Assembly: GCA_023266055.1 (NCBI GenBank)
Contig: JAHFRW010000003.1
Location: 202 to 64,201 of the forward strand
DNA: 64,000 nucleotides
DNA from: Gammaproteobacteria bacterium
GTDB taxonomy: Bacteria; Pseudomonadota; Gammaproteobacteria; Ga0077554; Ga007554
Direction of reading: 5' to 3'
The translations under genes and the position numbers were made by a program. Positions 30,004 to 39,580 of the stretch are shown piece after piece. Numbering within the stretch: the stretch's first letter is position 1; each line of letters starts with the position of its first letter. The notes below the pieces were generated by a model. The model did no database searches. It was not told the origin of the DNA and saw only the letters and a list, made by a program, of their open reading frames with translations.

Positions 30004-30828
30004 CTACGTTCCTATTTTTGGCGTCTGACCTGCAAGGTGGTTTTTTACATACAGGGCTGCGGAGCGAATTTCTGCATAGAACCACGGAACCTCGCATGTT
30101 GGTGTAGATGATAATTGCAGTATCTCTGCCTCAGTTTTATACAGAAAAGATACCCAGTTGTTTGTTAGCAAATTAGCCTCTGCAACAAGGAGCTTTATTT
30201 CCTCTATTGTAAATGGCGTACCTCTGTGGTGAAGCTTTACAGGAGGTGTTACCTGAAGACCAAATACACAGTACAGTATCTGAAGCCCACCCGTTGGGTC
30301 GCGGTCTGAAAGAGTAAGGTCAAATGAGTCATTACTAACGGTCATAGTAATAAGATCAATGCCGTAGGTTCCTCTATTATCTTCCTGTGGATTACCCAGG
30401 CCAAGTGCCAATGCTACATTTTCAATCGAAAATGTAGCATTGGCACTGACTGTACTCGTTCTGTTTTTCTCAATCCATGCAAGCAGTGTCTCAGAGTTTG
30501 TCTGGGAGGCTTCGGCATTAGAGGGATTAGCCCCTTGGGCAAAGATGTTTACTGAGCCGACAAATGTTTTGTTCACAATCTCGAAGAACGTTTCAAACCT
30601 CTCAGTACGGCTAAGGTGAGTAAGCGCCACGATGGGGTTGCTATCAGCGTCAAGCCCCTCTACCACCACTATGATGCATGATGTGGCGCTATCCGAGTAT
30701 AGGTATTTTTCGGGATTATTAACGTCAGGTTTATTAAGGTTTGCGATATAGTAGTTGTCTTGGTCGATATAATAAAAGCCCTCTGGTATGGGTAAATTAC
30801 GCTTCCTATCATTAAATTTAAATTTCAT
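30004..30828 (-). CDS. uncharacterised soluble Asn/Ser/Thr-rich protein (islet gene, no recognisable domain)
   Basis: 274 aa; low GC (about 42%), no TM segments or signal peptide; co-oriented 430 bp upstream of the 6-TM protein gene. Confidence 0.55.
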   Translation of the reverse strand: MKFKFNDRKRNLPIPEGFYYIDQDNYYIANLNKPDVNNPEKYLYSDSATSCIIVVVEGLDADSNPIVALTHLSRTERFETFFEIVNKTFVGSVNIFAQGANPSNAEASQTNSETLLAWIEKNRTSTVSANATFSIENVALALGLGNPQEDNRGTYGIDLITMTVSNDSFDLTLSDRDPTGGLQILYCVFGLQVTPPVKLHHRGTPFTIEEIKLLVAEANLLTNNWVSFLYKTEAEILQLSSTPTCEVPWFYAEIRSAALYVKNHLAGQTPKIGT

Positions 30829-30869
30829 CTTATTTCTCCCTTATTCGATTAAAGTAGCGTTTATGTAAG

Positions 30870-31043
30870 GCGGGTTCTACCCATCAGATATAGCGACCGA
30901 GATCAACCTTTCCATCAGAGCCAGCATGCCGTGTGGGTAATCTTTCAGTAATCGCTTGAATGCGTAGCAGAAGGCATCGACAGTGGCCTCTGTCGATGGT
31001 GTAGGGGCATCGTTACTCTGCGCAATGGTTTTTACCCGTGACG
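30870..31043 (-). pseudogene. start-less C-terminal gene fragment beside tRNA-Thr (possible decayed integrase/transposase remnant)
   Basis: minus-strand frame reads PESSRVKTIAQSNDAPTPSTEATVDAFCYAFKRLLKDYPHGMLALMERLISVAISDG* and is preceded by an in-frame stop. Confidence 0.25.
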
Positions 31044-31491
31044 ACTCCGGTTAGTCGTGTTAGGGAAGCTCTGATTTATTCCTTCATGTCATTTCGACCG
31101 CAGGGGGAAATCTTTTACCATGCTGATTTTATTGATTTTATAAGTAACAGATTTCTCGCTAATGCTCGAAATGACAAATTATTCAGAGGTTCCTTAGAGC
31201 ATACCGACATGCGCATGATATAGAAGATGTCGAAGTAGATTTGGATCAATGACGTGGGCTGTTACACATTTTGTCTACACGTGTGCTCCCCCGCACACCT
31301 TCCGACAAAACAGGGAAACCTCGGCTATCCGGGGGGTGCCCGCCACCGCTCGCTTTAGGCGCCTTTGAGTTTAAAACGTCCAGTTCCTATTGCAAATTGT
31401 CAAAAATGATTATATATGACCATCTTCAGCACACGATCCACCCTGCATGCAGGGGGCCGAGCTTAAAAACTCTGATCACAAAACTTTAAAA

Positions 31492-31567
31492 TGGTGCCGG
31501 CGGAGGGAATCGAACCCCCGACCTACTGATTACAAATCAGTTGCTCTACCAACTGTGCTACGCCGGC
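31492..31567 (-). tRNA. tRNA-Thr (anticodon UGU)
   Basis: 76 nt cloverleaf: acceptor GCCGGCG/CGCCGGC, D-arm GCAC..GAGC, anticodon stem ACTGA/TCAGT with loop TTTGTAA, 5-nt variable loop, T-arm GGGGG-TTCGATT-CCCTC, CCA encoded. Confidence 0.85.
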
Positions 31568-31666
31568 GGGTGCGTATGGCGAAAAATACCCGTAATATTC
31601 TCAGTATTTTATATGATGCAGTAAAGCAGTCCGCTATTTTAAGGCAAGGCGCTGCGTAAGGCAATT

Positions 31667-32161
31667 TCAATTATTGGATATTGGGTCGCATGTATGGGGT
31701 TGTTGCTGAATATTGCCAAATGTGCTGATCAGGGTTTGCCATAAGGGCTCGGATACCGGGGGGGGCGGTTGTGCGGGGTTGCTGCCTATATCCAGCCAGT
31801 GTTCGGGGTTGTCGAGCGTTCCACCGGCACGCAGGCGAGGGATGAATTGTTCCATTTCTTCTAGCAGGGTACTGGCGCGTTGGGCCTCTTGTGCGGTAAT
31901 GAATGGGCCTATCGTATAACATGGCAGGGTGGGTGCAACGGTAGCCGGGGGGGGCTGTAAAGTGTTGTCTCCTGCGGTGCTTGCATTTCCGGGGAGGGTA
32001 GTGGGACGGATTTCGCGCAATAATACCAAGGATTTGATGCTGTTGTCGGGAGGCAATGCAAGCGCGGTGGTGGAATGTGCTTCACCCGATTTCTGTACGC
32101 TGTATTGCCAGATGAAAAATCCCGTGTTTAATAGTAGTAGTAAGGCAAACAACCATCTCAT
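31667..32161 (-). CDS. SPOR-domain-like membrane-anchored protein
   Basis: 164 aa; N-terminal TM helix, Pro-rich linker, C-terminal SPOR-like CYTIGPFITAQEAQRASTLLEEM; position after coaX as in many gammaproteobacteria. Confidence 0.5.
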   Translation of the reverse strand: MRWLFALLLLLNTGFFIWQYSVQKSGEAHSTTALALPPDNSIKSLVLLREIRPTTLPGNASTAGDNTLQPPPATVAPTLPCYTIGPFITAQEAQRASTLLEEMEQFIPRLRAGGTLDNPEHWLDIGSNPAQPPPPVSEPLWQTLISTFGNIQQQPHTCDPISNN

Positions 32162-32931
32162 TATGTATTTTCCGTAGCAAAAATGGCCAGACCTTGTAAT
32201 ACAAGTGTGGGTTCGTGGCGATACCGACCTGCCAATAATGGTAGCAGGGTCGTCGTATCGCCACCAGTGATGACGCGTGTCATGTTTTTACCTAATTCGG
32301 TGGCAAGGTCTGTCGTTACGCGGTCTATGACCGAGATGGCAGTATAAAGGGTGCCACCGTTGACACCGCCTTGTGTGTCACGCGCCAAAATGGCACAAGA
32401 TTGGTTTTCATCATCCATTTTGCCATCGATGTCCTGAGTGTTTGCCAGTAATGTGCGGCGCATCATGGTCAGGCCAGGTACAATCAATCCCCCTTGATGT
32501 TCGCCGGACGCTGTCAGAATGTCTATGGTAATGGCTGTGCCGCAATCAATCACGCACACGGGGCCTTTGACGTTACGGTGTGCGGCAATCATGGCTGCCC
32601 AGCGATCCGCCCCTAATTTTTGCGGGTCGAGATAGGCGTTGTGTATGCCACATGCTGCGTGTTGGGGGGTCATGAATTCGGTATCAATATTCCACGTTTG
32701 TCTGATCCAGCCAGACAAACTATTGGCAAAGTCAGGCCCGGCAACATTGGCGACGACTACACGAGCAGGGGGTGGTTGTGTAGACCAGTGTTGTGCAGCA
32801 AAAGCATCGAAATGGTCTTTGGTGTGTGTGTCCTGGTGTGATGCTTGCCCGGCATTATCCAGCACACCCTGGGCAAGTGTTGCCCATTTGATGCGGGTAT
32901 TTCCGGCGTCCATTACTAAAATTGTCATCAA
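32161..32931 (-). CDS. coaX: type III pantothenate kinase
   Basis: 256 aa; N-terminal LVMDAGNTRIKWA ASKHA-fold motif; birA-coaX synteny. Confidence 0.88.
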   Translation of the reverse strand: MMTILVMDAGNTRIKWATLAQGVLDNAGQASHQDTHTKDHFDAFAAQHWSTQPPPARVVVANVAGPDFANSLSGWIRQTWNIDTEFMTPQHAACGIHNAYLDPQKLGADRWAAMIAAHRNVKGPVCVIDCGTAITIDILTASGEHQGGLIVPGLTMMRRTLLANTQDIDGKMDDENQSCAILARDTQGGVNGGTLYTAISVIDRVTTDLATELGKNMTRVITGGDTTTLLPLLAGRYRHEPTLVLQGLAIFATENT

Positions 32932-33046
32932 TATTCCTGTTCAATGCCTGCCGTTTAAGTCACAGGTGGATGTACGTAGCTGCGGTTCGCAGGTTACCTC
33001 TGATTCTCGCGCTAACAATCGAGCGGAGGTTTTGTAAATTTCTGAA

Positions 33047-34039
33047 TCAAGGTGCCAGGCGCAGGCTTACTTCGCCATAAGCGTAGTGATGTATCCCGTT
33101 GTGGTCTTCCAGTAACAATGCGCCGGAGGTATCCACGCCTCGTCCTATGCCATTGATGATGCTGTTGCCCGTCGGATTGGGCAAGTGCAACATGATGGCC
33201 TTGCCGATCGTCAGGTCGTGCTGTGCCCACTCCTGATGAAACCCGGAGAATCCTGATGATTCAAATTCTTGCAGAGCATGTATGAGGTGTTTCAAGAGTT
33301 TTGCTGCAAGTTGATTTCTTGATACGGGACGCCCTCCCAATGCGGTTTCCAGATCGGCCCATGGCTGATCTATGGCCTGCATTGCGGTAGAGTGCATACG
33401 CACATTGATGCCCACACCTATCACGACAGCACAGGGGCCTGACATCTCACCACTCATTTCCAGCAGGATGCCCGCCAATTTACGGTTTTGCCATAAAATA
33501 TCATTGGGCCATTTCAGGCCGGTGTCAGCTAAGCCTTCTTCGTGCAGGACACGATGGAGTGCTACACCAATGGCGAGTCCCAGGCCAGATAAGGATACCG
33601 CATTGAGTGTGAACCGCCATAGCAGAGAGAGGTAGATATTGGCACCAAATGGGGATACCCAAACCCGGTTGCGTCGACCGCGTCCTGCCTGTTGGTGCTC
33701 GGCCAGACACGCCTGTCCGGACGGTGCGCCGAGTCGTGCCTTGTTCATCAGGTAGCGGTTAGTGGAATCAATGTCCTGATGGATTTCGATGCCGGTCAAC
33801 GCACGCGCCGTGGCGGAGGGCAAGGCGTTGAGGATAAGGTCGCGCTCCAATAATTCCAGGGGCTGCGCCAGGCGATACCCCTTGCCAGGTACGGCATGCA
33901 GGTCGATGCCCCATTCGCTCAGTGCATGCAGATGTTTCCATACGGCACTGCGCCCTATGCCTAATACAGACCCCAGTGCTTCACCCGAATGAAACTGACC
34001 ATCTGCAAGAATGCGAAGAAGTTGAGAACGTTGCTGCAT
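33047..34039 (-). CDS. birA: bifunctional biotin-[acetyl-CoA-carboxylase] ligase / biotin operon repressor BirA
   Basis: 330 aa; N-terminal HTH, central GRGRRNRVWVSPFG biotin-binding loop. Confidence 0.88.
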   Translation of the reverse strand: MQQRSQLLRILADGQFHSGEALGSVLGIGRSAVWKHLHALSEWGIDLHAVPGKGYRLAQPLELLERDLILNALPSATARALTGIEIHQDIDSTNRYLMNKARLGAPSGQACLAEHQQAGRGRRNRVWVSPFGANIYLSLLWRFTLNAVSLSGLGLAIGVALHRVLHEEGLADTGLKWPNDILWQNRKLAGILLEMSGEMSGPCAVVIGVGINVRMHSTAMQAIDQPWADLETALGGRPVSRNQLAAKLLKHLIHALQEFESSGFSGFHQEWAQHDLTIGKAIMLHLPNPTGNSIINGIGRGVDTSGALLLEDHNGIHHYAYGEVSLRLAP

Positions 34040-34145
34040 GGGGTTATTTTATCAGAATTCGTTCGTCAGGAGTGTACACATACCGTTGCCGGTGACATGA
34101 ACGCGGTATATGAAAGACAGGATGCCGGAGATGCTGAGGTTTTGT

Positions 34146-35438
34146 TTATCCCATCCATTCATATACAATCTTTCCACCCAGCAGGGTGTGAGTTACCTTG
34201 CCTTTGAATTCCCAATCCATAAAGGGTGTATTTTTCCCACGACTTAGCAGGGTTTTAGCCGTTAAGGTCCAATAGTGGTTTGGATCAAAGATGCAAATAT
34301 CGGCATTTGCACCAATACTCAAAGTGCCTGCATGAATGCCCAGGATCTTGGCAGGTTGATGAGTCAGGCAGGCAATGGTATCACTCAGGCTTAATATATC
34401 TTCATCGACCAGCCGCAAGCTGAGTGGCAGTAGTGTTTCAAGTGCAGATATGCCAGGCTCTGTGGCACTGAAGGGCGCAAGTTTGGCATCGCGTTCGTGT
34501 GGCTGATGATCGGAGCAGATGGCCGTAATCGTGCCACGCGCAAGGCTGGCGCGCAGGCCATCACGGTCACGCTGGGTTCTCAGCGGTGGTGTAATATGGC
34601 ATTGACTGTTGAAATCACTCACGTCCATCTCTGTGAGATAGAGATGATGAGCACTGACGTCGGCACTGATGGGCAGGCCTTCGTAACGTGCACGTGCTAC
34701 CATGCGTGCAGCGCGTGCCGTGGATAAGCGACAGAAATGGGCGCGTACGCCCGTTTGTTCGATAAGTATCAGATCACGTGCTACGGCAGCAATTTCGGCA
34801 GATTCAGGAATACCAGGCAGACCAAGGCGTGTGCTGACCATCCCTTCGTGCATGCAGCCCTGGTTGCGCAACCAGTAATCTTCCGGGTTTAAAAACACGG
34901 TAAGATTCTGGGTGGCGGCATATTCCATGGCGCAGCGTAACACGTGAGCGTTGTTGATGTGGCGTGACGCGTTGTTGACACCCGCACAGCCGGCTTCCTT
35001 GAGTGCCGCCATTTCACTGATATGTTCACTTTTCAAACCTTGCGTCAATGCACCGAGCGGTACTACGTGTGCATAGCCGGCGGCTATGGCGCGATTACGA
35101 ATCAGTGAGGCGACGGCAGGCGTATCGATAATGGGCGCGGTATCGGGAGGGCAGCATAAGGTGGTAATGCCGCCGCTGGCGGCTGCACGTGTTTCACTGG
35201 CGATGGTGGCCTTGTGTTCATGGCCGGGTTCACGCAATCGTGCGCTGAGATCGACCAATCCTGGAATGCAGATCTGATTTTCGGCGTCTATTTCACGGTC
35301 GGCAGTGAAGTCACGTGATGCGCTACCCAGGGATGGGCCAATGGCGTGAATCACACCATTGGCAATACAGATATCCTGCACACTATCAATTGAGTTGGCG
35401 GGGTCAATAACACGACCGTTGATAATACGCAAGCGCAT
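34146..35438 (-). CDS. pyrC: dihydroorotase-like amidohydrolase (PyrC' partner of PyrB)
   Basis: 430 aa cyclic amidohydrolase family; 1-bp-overlap coupling to pyrB as in Pseudomonas pyrB-pyrC'. Confidence 0.85.
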   Translation of the reverse strand: MRLRIINGRVIDPANSIDSVQDICIANGVIHAIGPSLGSASRDFTADREIDAENQICIPGLVDLSARLREPGHEHKATIASETRAAASGGITTLCCPPDTAPIIDTPAVASLIRNRAIAAGYAHVVPLGALTQGLKSEHISEMAALKEAGCAGVNNASRHINNAHVLRCAMEYAATQNLTVFLNPEDYWLRNQGCMHEGMVSTRLGLPGIPESAEIAAVARDLILIEQTGVRAHFCRLSTARAARMVARARYEGLPISADVSAHHLYLTEMDVSDFNSQCHITPPLRTQRDRDGLRASLARGTITAICSDHQPHERDAKLAPFSATEPGISALETLLPLSLRLVDEDILSLSDTIACLTHQPAKILGIHAGTLSIGANADICIFDPNHYWTLTAKTLLSRGKNTPFMDWEFKGKVTHTLLGGKIVYEWMG

Positions 35439-36430
35439 CAGTTGATTTCTCCTTCGGGGTTGGATCTGCTGGATGTCTGGGCAGACAGTACCATTGACAT
35501 GATTGCCATGCGCACGGCGATACCATGTGTGACCTGCTCGAGAATGACGGAGCGTGGCCCATCTGCGATTGATGAATCTATTTCAACGCCGCGATTAATG
35601 GGGCCGGGATGCATCACGATGGCGTCCGGTTTGGCATAAGCCAGTTTTTCTTCAGTTAATCCGTAAAGGCGGAAGTATTCATGTTCGCTGGGCAGCAATG
35701 CCCCCTTCATGCGCTCATGTTGTAGACGCAACATTATAACGACATCCACATCACGTAAACCTTCACGCAAATCATGATAAACATGTACGCCCAGAGTTTC
35801 TGCTTCACATGGAATAAGTGTTTCCGGGCCAATAACCCGTACTTCGTTGACGCCCAGCGTGGTCAGCGCATGAATTTGTGAGCGTGCGACACGTGAATGC
35901 AGAATATCACCGACAATGGCCACCGTCAGTTGTGAAAATTCTTTTTTGTGGCGGCGAATGGTGAACATATCCAGCATTGCCTGGGTAGGATGTGCGTGGC
36001 AACCATCACCAGCATTCAGGATGCTGATGTGGGGAGCGACGTGTTGCGCAATGAAGTGAGCAGCACCTCCGCGATCATGCCGTACCACGAACATGTCGCA
36101 GTGCATGGCTTGCAGATTATGCAGCGTGTCGAGCAGAGTTTCACCCTTGCTGGTGGCAGAGGCTGTAACGTTGATATTCAGCACGTCCGCAGAGAGTCGT
36201 TTAGCGGCCAGCTCAAACGTGGTGCGGGTACGCGTGCTGGGCTCAAAGAATAAATTAACGACGGTCTTGCCACGTAACAGAGGTACTTTCTTGATGCTTT
36301 GTGTCGTAACGCCAGAGAAGGATTCAGCCGTGTCGAGTATATCTATCAGAAGTTGGCGTTTTAATCCTTCAATAGTGAGAAAGTGCTTCAGGCAGCCATT
36401 TTTATCGAATTGTATGTTGTAATATGTCAT
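35438..36430 (-). CDS. pyrB: aspartate carbamoyltransferase catalytic subunit
   Basis: 330 aa; STRTR carbamoyl-phosphate motif and HPTQ/HPGP motifs. Confidence 0.93.
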   Translation of the reverse strand: MTYYNIQFDKNGCLKHFLTIEGLKRQLLIDILDTAESFSGVTTQSIKKVPLLRGKTVVNLFFEPSTRTRTTFELAAKRLSADVLNINVTASATSKGETLLDTLHNLQAMHCDMFVVRHDRGGAAHFIAQHVAPHISILNAGDGCHAHPTQAMLDMFTIRRHKKEFSQLTVAIVGDILHSRVARSQIHALTTLGVNEVRVIGPETLIPCEAETLGVHVYHDLREGLRDVDVVIMLRLQHERMKGALLPSEHEYFRLYGLTEEKLAYAKPDAIVMHPGPINRGVEIDSSIADGPRSVILEQVTHGIAVRMAIMSMVLSAQTSSRSNPEGEIN

Positions 36431-36446
36431 GTTTTTGTTGAGCTTG

Positions 36447-36950
36447 TCAGGTATTTTTGAAATGTAATGCCAAAGGTTGGGGCCCGGTGAGTTTAATGTG
36501 TGTGTCGGTCAGGAGATCCATGCGTTGTCCGATAATATCTGCCTGAATGGGTAGTTCGCGCCCGTTACGATCGATCAGTACGGCAAGTGTAATGGCGGCG
36601 GGGCGGCCATAATCAAAAATTTCATTGAAGGCTGCGCGAATGGTGCGACCTGTGTACAGTACATCGTCCACCAAGATGATGTGATGATCATCGACATTGA
36701 AGGGTAGGTGTGAGGGCTTCACCTGCGGATTGATGCCAATACGTACAAAATCGTCACGGTAGAACGAAATATCCAGACTGCCTAAAGGTTGTTGCAGGCC
36801 AAGCAAGGCATGTAAACGTTCTGCAACCCATACGCCACCACTGTGTATGCCGACCATGGCAGGATCCTTTACATGATGTGCATCTAACCGTGTTCTGAGG
36901 TTTTCTGCCATTTCAAGGAGAAGTTGTTCGACATCAGGAAGTGGAGTCAT
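36447..36950 (-). CDS. pyrR: bifunctional pyr operon regulator / uracil phosphoribosyltransferase PyrR
   Basis: PRTase motif [12 protein letters not shown]; start placed at internal Met ([11 protein letters not shown]) giving ~168 aa and a 4-bp overlap with ruvX. Confidence 0.88.
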   Translation of the reverse strand: MTPLPDVEQLLLEMAENLRTRLDAHHVKDPAMVGIHSGGVWVAERLHALLGLQQPLGSLDISFYRDDFVRIGINPQVKPSHLPFNVDDHHIILVDDVLYTGRTIRAAFNEIFDYGRPAAITLAVLIDRNGRELPIQADIIGQRMDLLTDTHIKLTGPQPLALHFKNT

Positions 36951-37423
36951 TGTGATACCTGCTGTTGGGTGCGCTGCTCGGTGAACCATGTTTCCAGGAT
37001 AATTTGCGCGGCCATACAATCAATTTTCTGCTTGCTGGATTGAGTGTGTGGGTTCGCGCGCTGTTTGCGCGATTTTTTACCTGGGATTGTGGCAATCTGT
37101 TGTGCGGCCAATGATGATAGCCGTTCGTCAATCATATGCACGGGCAGATTATAACGCTGCTGCAGGTGCATGCCAAAGTCCCGTGCGGCGCGTGTCATAT
37201 CGTGTTCTGTGCCATCCAGATTGGAAGGCAGGCCGACGATCAGTGCATCAGGTCGCCAACTGTTCACCAGGCGCGTGATGAGCGCCCAGTCCGGTATTGT
37301 ATCAACCACGCGTGCTGCTTCAAGTGCCGTGGTAGTCGCCGTTAAGTCTTGGCCCGCAGCGATGCCGATTCGTTTCATTCCAAAGTCGAAACCGAGAAAT
37401 GTACGGGGGCGCGCAGTCATCAT
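36947..37423 (-). CDS. ruvX: Holliday junction resolvase-like nuclease RuvX (YqgF)
   Basis: FLGFDFGMKRIGIAAG RNase H-fold N-motif; start adjusted to internal Met of the 180-aa ORF. Confidence 0.85.
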   Translation of the reverse strand: MMTARPRTFLGFDFGMKRIGIAAGQDLTATTTALEAARVVDTIPDWALITRLVNSWRPDALIVGLPSNLDGTEHDMTRAARDFGMHLQQRYNLPVHMIDERLSSLAAQQIATIPGKKSRKQRANPHTQSSKQKIDCMAAQIILETWFTEQRTQQQVSQ

Positions 37424-37469
37424 CACTTGTGGCCCTGTGTTGAGCATGGCCAACGTTGTACGCACCTGT

Positions 37470-38030
37470 TCACGCGTGACCGATGTCACTGGAAAGCCGG
37501 TTTAGATCTACACCTGTTAATGCCGCTGCTGCATGCCAGCGTTGTTCACTGGGCAGATCAAATAATACAGAAGTGTTCGCGGGTGCATTCAGCCAGTGGT
37601 TATCGGCGAGTTCTGCTTCGAGTTGCCCTGGACCCCATGCGGCATAACCCAGCGCGATTAACGTGTGTTTGGGGCCATTGCCACGTGCAATAGCTTCCAG
37701 AATATCACGCGAACTGGCAATGCCGACATTTGAGACTTTCAACACGCTGTCCCATGATCCTATAGGGGTGTGAATGACAAAGCCGCGCTCACGTTGCAGT
37801 GGCCCGCCAAGAAATATCGGTCGATTCAGAATGGTTGGTGTCTGAGTGTCGATATTCATATGCTGTAATACTTCGCCAAGCTGAATGTCCAGGGGATGGT
37901 TAATGACAATGCCCAAGGCACCTTCCTGACTATGTTCGCAAATATACGTAACGCTTTGGGAAAAGTCCGGGTCTGCCAGAGAAGGCATGGCAATAAGGAA
38001 CTGATTGGTCAGTGAGAGGTTTTCGCTCAT
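37470..38030 (-). CDS. yqgE: YqgE/AlgH family protein (UPF0301)
   Basis: NQFLIAMPSLADPDFSQSVTYICEHSQEGALGIVINHP conserved N-region; start at internal Met MSENLS. Confidence 0.85.
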   Translation of the reverse strand: MSENLSLTNQFLIAMPSLADPDFSQSVTYICEHSQEGALGIVINHPLDIQLGEVLQHMNIDTQTPTILNRPIFLGGPLQRERGFVIHTPIGSWDSVLKVSNVGIASSRDILEAIARGNGPKHTLIALGYAAWGPGQLEAELADNHWLNAPANTSVLFDLPSEQRWHAAAALTGVDLNRLSSDIGHA

Positions 38031-38089
38031 GGGGATAGTATCATGCACAATGGTACCCAGTGACAAGGGGGGAGGCGAATAAGCGGTGG

Positions 38090-38998
38090 TTATTGGTCGG
38101 TAACTAATCGGTTATTCTCAAGAAATTGCCAGGTACGGATAATATGCAGAATATCAGTTTCCTTGCGCATCTCCAGAGGCAGCTGGCTGAAGGGGGCGGC
38201 CTGGTTCACAATACGGATAGCGGCATCATCCAGTACTTTGTGCCCGGACGAACGACGTACGCTGATATCATTAACACTGCCGTCATGATTGAGGGCGACA
38301 TCCAGCAGTAAACTGCCCGCGATATTACGGCGGCGTGCTTCTTCAGGATAGTTGAGGTTGCCAATCATTTCGATCTTGGCCTGCCAGGCAGCCATGTAGG
38401 CCGCATCACGGAACTCTGCAGTGCGTGCCGAAATGAAACGGTGTTTCGGTCGCCGTGCGTAGGCTTGCATGGAACTGTTTAATTCGGCGCTGAGCCTGGC
38501 TATTTCCAGGCTACGCATTACCATGTCAGCACTCTCGGGAGTTTCTGTGGGTGTTGAAGCGGGTGCGATCTCTGATGTGACTTTTTGTTGTGGGTTATGC
38601 AGAGTAGTGATTTGCATGGGAGCAGGCGTCGCCGCCGGTGGAGTGGCGCCTGAGAATTTGGTAACAGGCGCCCCTCCTGCCAGTGGGCGGGACGTTGCGG
38701 GTGCCGTTGGCTGTGAAGTGGGCTTGTGAGGAGTATCCTGATTACCGCCGCCTTCCTGATGCGCCTGTGCCAGAAAATCCGGGTTAGTGATCTTTTTGGC
38801 GCCAGGGTTGGTTGCCAGAATAATTTCGAGAGTGGGTTGATCATTGGCCGGTTTTTCATCGGGTGCGATGAAGGTAATGCCAAGAATGATCAGCGCGTGG
38901 ATGACAACCGCAAAAAACAGTGTCAAACCCAGGCGGTCAGTGGAGGTGATCGCCGGGGTGGCTGAATTCATGATGGATGATGAAGCAACAGCAGTCAT
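38090..38998 (-). CDS. TonB-family energy transducer (TonB3-like)
   Basis: 302 aa; N-terminal TM helix, Pro/Ala/Thr-rich spacer, C-terminal TonB_C-like domain; gshB-tonB3-yqgE-ruvX-pyrR-pyrB synteny as in Pseudomonas. Confidence 0.7.
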   Translation of the reverse strand: MTAVASSSIMNSATPAITSTDRLGLTLFFAVVIHALIILGITFIAPDEKPANDQPTLEIILATNPGAKKITNPDFLAQAHQEGGGNQDTPHKPTSQPTAPATSRPLAGGAPVTKFSGATPPAATPAPMQITTLHNPQQKVTSEIAPASTPTETPESADMVMRSLEIARLSAELNSSMQAYARRPKHRFISARTAEFRDAAYMAAWQAKIEMIGNLNYPEEARRRNIAGSLLLDVALNHDGSVNDISVRRSSGHKVLDDAAIRIVNQAAPFSQLPLEMRKETDILHIIRTWQFLENNRLVTDQ

Positions 38999-39002
38999 GT
39001 AC

Positions 39003-39578
39003 TTAACGCACCGGAGATTGACGAGGCTGATTTAAAGAACGCCCTAAAATCAGGTGTGCAATAAACCCACTAATTATACCAAAAATCACTGCGGCTGTCA
39101 TCAGCACGGGCAGCAAGTGAAATAGTGCATCGTGTGGAATAAACAGCAGATAGGCGGTATAAAATTGCCCGGCCATATGCGCCATGGCAGCCAGTACACT
39201 GTAGCCTATCGGGCCAAAGCCTGAGCCACCCGAACCAATAGTCCCGGTGCCTTGTTTGCGTCCCGACAGAGGTAGCCAGCTCGCCACACGCAACACCATA
39301 ATACTGGATATCGCTCCTGCCAGACTCAAAATAAAAGTGGGAGAGAGAAAGCTGCCTACCAGTACACTGCCTACCAGCACACGCAACAGATTGACCCATG
39401 CTGCGGTAGACCAGCCAAATTGGATCAGCGTTAGAATGGTAATGATATTTGCCAGGCCCGGTTTGACGCCAGGGATCGGACTGGGCAGGGTGCTTTCCAC
39501 GATATGCAGGGTAATGGCCAACGCCGCAAGCCAGGCAATGCGATGATCTTCACGAGTGGTGAGCAGGGCGAGTGACAT
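39003..39578 (-). CDS. Gx-transporter-family polytopic membrane protein
   Basis: 191 aa, 5-6 TM; co-occurs with NusG_II protein and ApbE flavin transferase. Confidence 0.6.
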   Translation of the reverse strand: MSLALLTTREDHRIAWLAALAITLHIVESTLPSPIPGVKPGLANIITILTLIQFGWSTAAWVNLLRVLVGSVLVGSFLSPTFILSLAGAISSIMVLRVASWLPLSGRKQGTGTIGSGGSGFGPIGYSVLAAMAHMAGQFYTAYLLFIPHDALFHLLPVLMTAAVIFGIISGFIAHLILGRSLNQPRQSPVR

Positions 39579-39580
39579 TT

